The notes under the pieces: generated by a model | What the model was told of the DNA's origin: nothing | Databases searched by the model: none | The model's input: the letters and a program-made list of their open reading frames with translations, nothing else | Shown: positions 56,319-64,000 of the stretch, piece by piece | Layout of the letters: every line of letters starts with the position of its first letter | How positions within the stretch are numbered: the stretch's first letter is position 1 | Translations under genes and position numbers: made by a program | NCBI GenBank assembly: GCA_963738405.1 | Contig: CAVTWJ010000022.1 | Location: 96,001 to 160,000, forward strand | Source of the DNA: a candidate division FCPU426 bacterium | Lineage (GTDB): Bacteria; Oederibacteriota; Muellerivitia; Muellerivitales; Muellerivitaceae | Length of the DNA: 64,000 nt | Reading direction: 5' to 3'

Positions 56319-57488
56319 CTACAAATAAGGGTTCAAAACTCTCAGAACATCACCCGGTTGTATGGGTTCCAAGCACTCATGCTTACGGTTGCAAGCCGAA
56401 AGGGAGCATGGACTACAGGGAACATCACAATGAAGAACTCGAACCTTATTTTCCCGGCCCAAAGTCCAGGGGCCCCAGCGCCGCAGATCATTCACCCCGC
56501 TATAGATCAAGACGCTGGGGGTTCCCAATGCCACCGCTAGGTGCGCAGGCCCTGAATCAAGCCCCACATAGGCCTTGGCCCTCAACAGCAAGGCGGCCAA
56601 TTCTTCCAAACTGGTTTTTCCACAGAAGTTAAGAATGGAGCCTTTTACCAAAGATGTGATTTTAACGATTTTTTCAACATCCTCGCCCGCTCCAATCACC
56701 ACCACTTTTAGGTTGGGCTTTTTCGTCACTTTTTCGATAAGTTCCACGAATTTCTCAGGCGCCCATTCTTTTGAGGAATATCCCGCTGTGACCTGAAAAA
56801 TCACGAGCCCCATTCCCTTCCGAACGCCGTTTCGAGCCAATAAATCATCAACCTTTTTTTGAACTCCCGGGGAAACCGCCATGACCTCAAAAGAACCGGC
56901 CTTCAGGTCTGAATTGAAAAATCTCAGCAAATCGAGATTTCTTTCCACCTCGTGCCGGGAAGGATTCAAAGCTTGTTCATGGGTTAAAAGAAATCCGGCC
57001 CCCATTCCTCCGTAGCCCAGCCGCAAAGGAATGCCTGAGAATGCCATCCAGAAAATGTGCCGTAAATCGCCCCGAAAATCAAAACCGATCTCAAAAGCTT
57101 GTTCCTTCATCCATTTTTGGATTTCCCAAAAAGCGGACCATGCAAAATTTCGAGGCACAGGCCGGTCAAACCAAGGCGCCCGAAATAATTTCACCTCATC
57201 CACCCACTTCCCTTTTCGCACAAAAGAAGAAGCCCAAGGACCGGCCAAAAGGGTAATGCGGGCTTTTGGGAAAAGGCGGCGCGCCTCCCGAAGAGCCGGA
57301 AGAATAAAGAGTCCATCCCCCATGTGATCAAGGCGAATCAGTAATATATTTTTATAAAGTTTTGGACTTTTCAGCGAAGGTTGTTTTTGAAAACCGGCGA
57401 AGGCACTCTTCAACGCGTACCCCAATAAATCAAACAAACCCACTAATAGCTTCACCAGTTTTCTTTTATATACGTACTCGCCGATCAT
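56319..57488 (-). CDS. Glycosyltransferase family 9 (heptosyltransferase-like)
   Basis: RLDHMGD, HEVERNL, KEW, DSGPAHLA, CSPC. Confidence 0.93.
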   Translation of the reverse strand: MIGEYVYKRKLVKLLVGLFDLLGYALKSAFAGFQKQPSLKSPKLYKNILLIRLDHMGDGLFILPALREARRLFPKARITLLAGPWASSFVRKGKWVDEVKLFRAPWFDRPVPRNFAWSAFWEIQKWMKEQAFEIGFDFRGDLRHIFWMAFSGIPLRLGYGGMGAGFLLTHEQALNPSRHEVERNLDLLRFFNSDLKAGSFEVMAVSPGVQKKVDDLLARNGVRKGMGLVIFQVTAGYSSKEWAPEKFVELIEKVTKKPNLKVVVIGAGEDVEKIVKITSLVKGSILNFCGKTSLEELAALLLRAKAYVGLDSGPAHLAVALGTPSVLIYSGVNDLRRWGPWTLGRENKVRVLHCDVPCSPCSLSACNRKHECLEPIQPGDVLRVLNPYL

Positions 57489-57507
57489 CCTGCGTCCTTA
57501 TGGGCCA

Positions 57508-58623
57508 TTACTGCTTCACAGCTACGCGTTGAAACACTTCCAATGTTTGGCGGGCCGCCTTTTCCCAGGAAAACTCCTTAGCTCTTTCCAGCCCCCGATC
57601 CCGGAGCTTTCGCCGCTCATCCGGCTCCTGAATAATGCGGTCCATGGCTTTCATGATATCCGTGGTTTGAAGGGGATCGACCAGTATTCCAGCGTCTCCC
57701 AATACCTCGGGAATCGCAGAAACATTGGACGAGATGACCGGGCACCCGCAGGCCATGGCCTCGATCAGGGGAAGGCCGAAACCCTCGTCCAGCGATGGAA
57801 AAACCAGCGCCTCGGCGCCAGCCAAGAGGATCGGCATATCCTCCAGTGGGATATACCCGGTCAACAACACCTGCTGCTCCAGGCCCAGCTTGGCGATCAA
57901 GGCCACGATTTCATCGTAGGACTCTCCTCTTTTGCCCGTGATCACCAGTTTCAAAGGATGATTCGGTTCCTTTTTCCGCAATAGGTCGAATGCCTCGATC
58001 AGGCGTATCAAGTTTTTCCGGTACCAGAGCAAACTGCTGGTATTGATAAAATAGGGGGAATCCAACGAATATTTTTTCCTGATCTCCGCAACCCGCCCTT
58101 CCTCCGCCGGTCGAAAAATGTCCTGATCGTACCCGAGATGCGTCACCGTGATCTTTTCGGGCGGCACTTTACAATGCTTGAGAATGTTGCGCTTGGTTTC
58201 ATCCGAAACCGAAAGAATGGCGTCAGCGGCCGGAATGTAATAATGCGTCGTCAGCCAGAAGTGCACTTTTCCGTCAAAAGAAATGCGTTCGGGAAAGATG
58301 AGGCCCATTAAGTCATGGCAGGTCATGACAGTTTTCGGTTTGAAGGGAATGGGTACGAATTCCTTGGTTACAAATAAAAGGTCGTAGCCCCCGAAGATAA
58401 ACTCGAAGGGCAGGCGCAGAAAGGACCAGAATTTCGGAAACTTCAATATCTTTACCTTGAAGTTCGGCGCTTCGATATCGTGGGAAAGGGGAACATTCGA
58501 ATAGATGACGTACTCGTTCACCGAATCAATCTTGGCCAAAGCCTTAAGGATGTTATAGCTGTAAACCCCAATACCGTTGAGCTGGGTCTCGCTTAATACC
58601 TTCGCGTGAACTGCGATTTTCAT
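57508..58623 (-). CDS. Glycosyltransferase family 4 (MtfB-like)
   Basis: GIGVY, CHDL, RKN, PSLDEGFGLPLIEAMACG. Confidence 0.93.
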   Translation of the reverse strand: MKIAVHAKVLSETQLNGIGVYSYNILKALAKIDSVNEYVIYSNVPLSHDIEAPNFKVKILKFPKFWSFLRLPFEFIFGGYDLLFVTKEFVPIPFKPKTVMTCHDLMGLIFPERISFDGKVHFWLTTHYYIPAADAILSVSDETKRNILKHCKVPPEKITVTHLGYDQDIFRPAEEGRVAEIRKKYSLDSPYFINTSSLLWYRKNLIRLIEAFDLLRKKEPNHPLKLVITGKRGESYDEIVALIAKLGLEQQVLLTGYIPLEDMPILLAGAEALVFPSLDEGFGLPLIEAMACGCPVISSNVSAIPEVLGDAGILVDPLQTTDIMKAMDRIIQEPDERRKLRDRGLERAKEFSWEKAARQTLEVFQRVAVKQ

Positions 58624-58697
58624 GGATCAAGTCCCATTAATGGATTGGACCGATAAAGAATGGTCATTTTACAGGGACCCTCGAGGTAAAATCAGGT

Positions 58698-60164
58698 TCA
58701 ATCCGTCGCTTCTTCGCTTTTTCCCGAGAGGATCTGTTTCAGGACCGAGGTCAAGTTGTTGCGCTTCCACATCCAGGGCACCCATAGGGCGGGAAAAGCC
58801 GCTCCCAGCAGGATGGCCGGCATCCACCATTCCCTCACCAGCAACGCATGGACACCCAGCATCCATCCCAACCCTGAAATTAAACCCGCCCCCATCACGC
58901 CCAGATGGAGGGGCCCGAACCGTTTGAAATGGGCCCGGACATACAGCAGGGCGCAGGGAACATTCAATAAATGGGCCACGGGCCAGGTGATCGGCCCCAG
59001 GCTGTGGGCGAAAGAAAACATGGCGCTCGCGAAGATCACCGCCGCCAGAAGGTTTTGTTTCAAGACCAGCTTGTTCAATCCCCCGGCCAGGGCCGAAGAA
59101 TTAAAGATGGTGAAAAGGCCTACCAAAAGATTCGGTAAAACGCCCCAGAGCAAAACCTCAGCCGTCGGGCTCCAGTCCTTTCCATATAATCGAGGCACCC
59201 AAAGGGAGGCGGTGGCCCCCAGCCCAAAATAAACTGGCACATAGGCCATCAAAAGAAGGCCCAGCATCCTTTCCGCCAGGCGGTTCAGCCGCTCCGGTTC
59301 GCCCTGGAGCCTGGCAAAAGAGGCGAGGGAGATGCGCTGAACGATCCCGGTGATGAAACCCATGGTTCCCAGAAGGCTGTAGGCCATGTTGGCGAAAGCG
59401 AACTGGGAAGAGCCTGTCATTTTCACCAGAATGGCCGAGGGGATCAAAATAGTGATCCAATTCACCAATTGACTGCTGACCAGTGGGAGAATTTTTCCCA
59501 GTGAAAGCTTGAGCCATTTCCAATCGGTCTGGAAAGAGGGGAAAAAACCGGAGAGGAGGGACGAGAGCACCGCGGGCACGATCCCCCGGATCACCAGGGC
59601 CAGAGCCAGCCCCTTGACGCCCCATCCCATGTAAACCAAGCCGACTGCCAAAAGGTTGAACACGACCGGGTCGGAAACCTCGATCAAACCCACTTTGGTG
59701 TAAACCAGCTTGCGCTCCAGCATGGACACCGAGAGGGACTGGAAACTGTAGCCGAACACCCCGACCGCCGCGGCAAGAAGAAGAATCGTGAAATCTCCCG
59801 CAGAGGCCCCCACATACCATTGAGGCACACCCAGGAAAATGGCCGTTGCTGCCAGGGTCAAAAGACCCAGGGCCAGGGCGCTCTGGAACCAGAAACAGGT
59901 GGAAAGCTTTCGTTGGTCCGGGCTTTCAGGCTGCTGTATCAGGTAGGTAGAAACCGTGAAATCGATGATCTGTCGGCCGATGATGAAATAGGTGTAAGTG
60001 GTGAAATAGAGGCCCATTTTTTCCGGACCCACGATGCGGTTAAGGGCGATCCCGCCCAGGAAATTGGCGATGAAGGCGAATCCATGCCGGAATAAAAGAA
60101 TGCCTCCGCTTTTGGCGGCTTTGTGCTCGATGCGATGGGTTAAATCAGGTGATTCTTTGGGCAT
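58698..60164 (-). CDS. Oligosaccharide flippase (Wzx/WzxC-like)
   Basis: Many TMs, RIVGPEKMG, LIQQ, LERKL, LYGKDW. Confidence 0.85.
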   Translation of the reverse strand: MPKESPDLTHRIEHKAAKSGGILLFRHGFAFIANFLGGIALNRIVGPEKMGLYFTTYTYFIIGRQIIDFTVSTYLIQQPESPDQRKLSTCFWFQSALALGLLTLAATAIFLGVPQWYVGASAGDFTILLLAAAVGVFGYSFQSLSVSMLERKLVYTKVGLIEVSDPVVFNLLAVGLVYMGWGVKGLALALVIRGIVPAVLSSLLSGFFPSFQTDWKWLKLSLGKILPLVSSQLVNWITILIPSAILVKMTGSSQFAFANMAYSLLGTMGFITGIVQRISLASFARLQGEPERLNRLAERMLGLLLMAYVPVYFGLGATASLWVPRLYGKDWSPTAEVLLWGVLPNLLVGLFTIFNSSALAGGLNKLVLKQNLLAAVIFASAMFSFAHSLGPITWPVAHLLNVPCALLYVRAHFKRFGPLHLGVMGAGLISGLGWMLGVHALLVREWWMPAILLGAAFPALWVPWMWKRNNLTSVLKQILSGKSEEATD

Positions 60165-60179
60165 TTTACTTCCCCGCGT

Positions 60180-61889
60180 TTAATGAACGAGTCCAGCCAT
60201 ATACAAACCATCAACGTTTTGGATAAATATCCGCTTATCTTTTTTTGCCTGAACCAGGTTTTTTAAAATCGATTGATCGGAAAATACATAAAGGGCATTC
60301 GTAAGCAATTGGGCTGATTTCAATTCACCTAAAACCATAAAATCAGCTTCATCAAAAGCCTTCGGGTCTTTTCTCGCCGCCGACACCAAATTAAGGCCTA
60401 TTTGGCGTGGAGCCGCTATGAGCCCCAAAGGCATAAGGTAAGTCAAATCTTTTCTCGGATAAAAATAAACATTTTTACAATTTTTCACCGCTTCTCCCCA
60501 AACGAGGGAAGTCAGGATCGGTAGATGTTTTTCTTCCCCAAGTGTTTTTCGGACCGAGGTCATGAAAGGAAATAGATCGATAACTTGGACCAAAAGGGCA
60601 ACCATCAGGATCACGGATAATATTTTCCTCTCTTGGAAGTACCGGCTGTATACGAAAAATGTCCCGATCATAATGGAGTAAAAAGGGACCCAAAAAAAAC
60701 GCCCACAAGCCCTAAAAGAGATAAAAATCACCTTAAGGAAATAGGCAATTGATATTTTAAAAAGTACATGGTCCGCAATCGTCACCTTGTTTAAGATGGA
60801 ATATATTGAAAATATCAGACATACCATTAATAAAACAGAAGACGGTCGATTCCATATTGAGGTCGTGTTTTTCCAGCCCCCGCGCTTCAGGAAAAGTATG
60901 GCCGCCGCCCCCCCTAAAAGAACCAAGAATCCCAAACCCAGGTAATTAAACCCCTCGTATTGTCCCCCCGTCGCCATGGGCCAGCCCTTTAAAAAGGTTG
61001 AATCGCTTTCCGACTGAAGGGCTCCATTCATATGGGGATTCCAGCCCATGGGATTAAAAGGCGCCAAGAGATTCATCGAGTAAAAACCAAAATCTTGGGG
61101 GGGATCGGAGGACCAACAAGAAGGTTTAATAACGAAGTACCCCGACAAGTACATTGTTATTACTAAAAGGGCCAATAAAAAAACCAACTCCAATACTTTT
61201 ATTTTAATAAATTTAAATAACCCAAAAGAAAAGTGAAGAAACAACGAGGCCAGGTATAGGCCGATTACCATGACACATAGATAAAGATGTATTAATGCCG
61301 AAACCGCCAAGAGAATCATCCAGCGGGATCGGAAAGGCCATCTCGAGCTTTGATTCGCCCTTGCCTCGCTTGAGAGAATAAACAAATACAAAGCCGCCAA
61401 AAGAACCCAATGGCCCACAAGGGATTGGTGGTCGCAAGCCCTTTTCAACATGACGGGGCTTAGGACGAAAAAGCTCGCGGCCAACAATCTTTGAAGGGGG
61501 TTTGAAAATATTTTCGCGGCTAAAAGCCATCCAAAAAAACCCTGCGATAGGTAGCAAAACAGGATCCAAATCCCAAAATATTGAAAGGGCGAGGGCAGAA
61601 GGGTCCGTAAACATTTAAAGATGAACGCGAACAGCGGGATGGAATCCGTATAAGCCAGGGCCGTGCCCTCAGGAATTCCATAGGAAGCTATTTTACCCGG
61701 CGGAATTTGCCAATCTTCATACCTGAAAAAATTCCAACCCAGAAAATGCTGGGCGGGGTCACCCTCCATGAGCCATTCGATATGATTTGGGTTTAATGTA
61801 TTTAATCCAAAAACAGCGAAGAAGAATACCAAGCCCGCCAAAAGGCCAACAAGGGACGAATTGTATAGCCACGACACTCTTTTCATCAT
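60180..61889 (-). CDS. Polytopic membrane protein, DUF6311/GT-C-like
   Basis: GDPAQHFLGW, YTDSIP, QYFGIW, HLY, YEGFNYLG, FRACGRF. Confidence 0.7.
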   Translation of the reverse strand: MMKRVSWLYNSSLVGLLAGLVFFFAVFGLNTLNPNHIEWLMEGDPAQHFLGWNFFRYEDWQIPPGKIASYGIPEGTALAYTDSIPLFAFIFKCLRTLLPSPFQYFGIWILFCYLSQGFFGWLLAAKIFSNPLQRLLAASFFVLSPVMLKRACDHQSLVGHWVLLAALYLFILSSEARANQSSRWPFRSRWMILLAVSALIHLYLCVMVIGLYLASLFLHFSFGLFKFIKIKVLELVFLLALLVITMYLSGYFVIKPSCWSSDPPQDFGFYSMNLLAPFNPMGWNPHMNGALQSESDSTFLKGWPMATGGQYEGFNYLGLGFLVLLGGAAAILFLKRGGWKNTTSIWNRPSSVLLMVCLIFSIYSILNKVTIADHVLFKISIAYFLKVIFISFRACGRFFWVPFYSIMIGTFFVYSRYFQERKILSVILMVALLVQVIDLFPFMTSVRKTLGEEKHLPILTSLVWGEAVKNCKNVYFYPRKDLTYLMPLGLIAAPRQIGLNLVSAARKDPKAFDEADFMVLGELKSAQLLTNALYVFSDQSILKNLVQAKKDKRIFIQNVDGLYMAGLVH

Positions 61890-61935
61890 TTCGCCTTCTT
61901 GGTTCTTTTGATAATTCTTTCATTCAACCAGTGTA

Positions 61936-63534
61936 TCAGGGGATCTGTTTTATTCGATCATAAGGGGTGCATTGATTGCCGTCCAAATGCCGGGTGATTC
62001 CTGATTTATTGAATTTTTGGCCCCTATAAAATATCTTGGTTTTTTTCCGGTGAAGATCCCCTTCCAGCAATACTATCCGATCGGAAGAAGCGACCATCTT
62101 TCCATATTCGGGAATAATATCCATTTCGGTTGGCAACCCCGCGCGCGAACGTGAAGCCATGATGATCCTTTCATTGGTTAAAGCGTCAATGGTGTAGGCG
62201 GCTCCCCACTCTCCCAAACCCCGATTGATGCCCCATTCGTCCATCACATGGATTTCTTGCTTGGCGAGGGTGATTGTCGGTTGTTCGGGAAAATCAAGCA
62301 AATCCACCCCATGAAGAATGACGCGGCTTAAAAACAAAACCAATAAAAGACTACCCAAAAGGGGAATCCACTTCCCTTTCCATTCCATTAAACGTCCAAA
62401 AAAAACACCGAGGAAAACCGAGAAAATGATCGAAGAAACGTAAAGATAACGCCGGGGTTCCCAGAAATCCCCGTGGGACTGCTGAGCTAAAACGACAGCT
62501 AAAAAATTGAAAAAGACCGTAGTTGTCATCAATAGCATGGGATAATTCTCGGCTTTGAACGAATCAAAGATAGTTATACCCATGAAAAGCACAACCAGAG
62601 CGGCAATCGCGGAAAAAAAGATATCCATAAAACTTCTCGGATAAATGTAATAGGGCGACGTGAAATATCCGCTCACGGGAGCGCGGGAATAAAAATGCGC
62701 GTCGAAATAGGCCGGAATGCTTTTGAAAAGATAATGTAGGTTGTCCAACATCATGTGCAGCGGAGCTAGGGCGGAAAACCGCAGGTAATCCCGATGAAAC
62801 CACCTGTAGTAAAAGTCAGGCGAGTCACCTAATAGGTATCCGACCATGAGTCCTAAACCAAAACGCAAAAGTGGCTGTTTCTTGAAATCCCGGGACCGGA
62901 ACAGGGCCAAAGCCAGGACGCAAGCTGGTATGGCCGGGATAAACTGCTTGCCCAGATACATTCCCAAGCCGATGGTAAACCCCAGCAAAAAGAAGCGAAG
63001 GGTGGAAACTCCCTTTTCAATCATGAGGTGGGTTTCCAGTAAAACCAACATGGTCCAGAAGACAGCAAGGGGATAGCCCACAAACGGCATCGTACTTTGA
63101 TGAAGGGTGTAGGGAACCCCAATTACCACCACTATCCCTCCAATTATCCCGTAAAACTTTGATGTACCCTGAGTTAAAAGGTAAACACCCAGGGAGGCTG
63201 CCAGGGACCATGCCAAAAGAGACACCGCGGATACCACCGGGATGGAAGGCCCCAGCCATTTGCAAAGTAACCCGGCCAAATAGAAGGGCGGACTCCCCTG
63301 ATAATCATTTCCAAAAGTATAAAGGGGATTGTCCCCACGGGAAATACGTACTGCCATCAAATAGTTAACCGCCGCATCCCCATCAAATTGGAGATCCCAC
63401 CTGAATAAAAATGGAATACGAATAAGGAAGGATAGGACGCCAAAAAAAGCCGCAATGATCGAAGGTTTGAAAGGAATCAGATTCAGCTTATCCTTTAATT
63501 TTAAAAAGAAGGAGGAATCTCCAGATGAAAACAT
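61936..63534 (-). CDS. GT-C-like polytopic membrane protein
   Basis: FDGDAA after TM1, GNDYQG, RRYL, many TMs. Confidence 0.65.
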   Translation of the reverse strand: MFSSGDSSFFLKLKDKLNLIPFKPSIIAAFFGVLSFLIRIPFLFRWDLQFDGDAAVNYLMAVRISRGDNPLYTFGNDYQGSPPFYLAGLLCKWLGPSIPVVSAVSLLAWSLAASLGVYLLTQGTSKFYGIIGGIVVVIGVPYTLHQSTMPFVGYPLAVFWTMLVLLETHLMIEKGVSTLRFFLLGFTIGLGMYLGKQFIPAIPACVLALALFRSRDFKKQPLLRFGLGLMVGYLLGDSPDFYYRWFHRDYLRFSALAPLHMMLDNLHYLFKSIPAYFDAHFYSRAPVSGYFTSPYYIYPRSFMDIFFSAIAALVVLFMGITIFDSFKAENYPMLLMTTTVFFNFLAVVLAQQSHGDFWEPRRYLYVSSIIFSVFLGVFFGRLMEWKGKWIPLLGSLLLVLFLSRVILHGVDLLDFPEQPTITLAKQEIHVMDEWGINRGLGEWGAAYTIDALTNERIIMASRSRAGLPTEMDIIPEYGKMVASSDRIVLLEGDLHRKKTKIFYRGQKFNKSGITRHLDGNQCTPYDRIKQIP

Positions 63535-63599
63535 GATTTCAGTTAACCTCGGGCCATTTTTCGATGAGTATTCGCAAATGAAAACTTTTCAATATCCAC

Positions 63600-64000
63600 T
63601 TAAGGTGAGAATTTGCCCATAAGAATCGTTAGGGGATGACTGTTCCAATAACCATCCATAGCGCCCAACGCGTTGATGCCGAATGATAAAAGACATAAGA
63701 AAACAAATGCTCGTCGGCGCCATTTTCCCCAATTCGGAAAGGATTCCAAACTGTAAAAAATGGGAATCATAAGAAAAAGAATGACCGGCACAATTTCCCG
63801 GGGCCCAAAACTCCAGGTGGCTTCCCAATCATCCATGCAGGCCATCAACAGGTAATAGCAAATAAACCCGCTCCCCCAAACCCAGGCCTCCGCACCCTTT
63901 TCCAAAAGGAACTTTTTCCACGAAAAGAGGACCGGAAACACAAGCGGCAAAAAAGCGGGAATACCGTGGTTAATTGAAAGCCAAAACCCCCAAATTCCCT
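63600..64000 (-). CDS. Partial membrane protein (5' end off window), GT-C-like
   Basis: Hydrophobic segments and W...WSFGPR motif; frame appears open to the window edge. Confidence 0.55.
   Translation of the reverse strand, partial: GIWGFWLSINHGIPAFLPLVFPVLFSWKKFLLEKGAEAWVWGSGFICYYLLMACMDDWEATWSFGPREIVPVILFLMIPIFYSLESFPNWGKWRRRAFVFLCLLSFGINALGAMDGYWNSHPLTILMGKFSP

Overview
A gene-dense 64 kb bacterial chromosomal window, mostly on the minus strand. Two GT9 heptosyltransferase-like genes and lipobox proteins suggest a diderm; the taxon cannot be determined from sequence alone. The left part holds two convergent paralogous GT-C-like membrane proteins, a MacA/LolE/LolD-like ABC operon and a housekeeping block (pyk, era, PHP protein, HlyC/CorC, ybeY, phoH, LysM lipoprotein, aspS). 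The usually adjacent hisS and aspS genes are about 6 kb apart. The gap holds a sigma54-type histidine kinase and receiver, plus an accessory cassette: an internally duplicated ParB-ParB protein whose second copy is degenerate, a RelE/HigB-XRE toxin-antitoxin pair and an AT-rich SIR2 protein. From about 29 kb onward is a large cell-surface glycan region: a BshC-like ligase with a GT2, PGM/PMM, an NDP-sugar pyrophosphorylase, an epimerase, a WcaJ-like priming transferase, GT2/GT4/GT9 enzymes, two flippases, a Wzy/WaaL-like protein and several GT-C-like proteins. Notable non-coding structure includes a 122-bp tandem repeat forming two 41-codon uORFs translationally coupled to the epimerase, three unrelated palindromic MITE/REP-like elements, and several apparently leaderless promoters. 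No rRNA, tRNA, CRISPR array, integrase or transposase was recognised. All family calls come from motif recognition by eye, not database searches.
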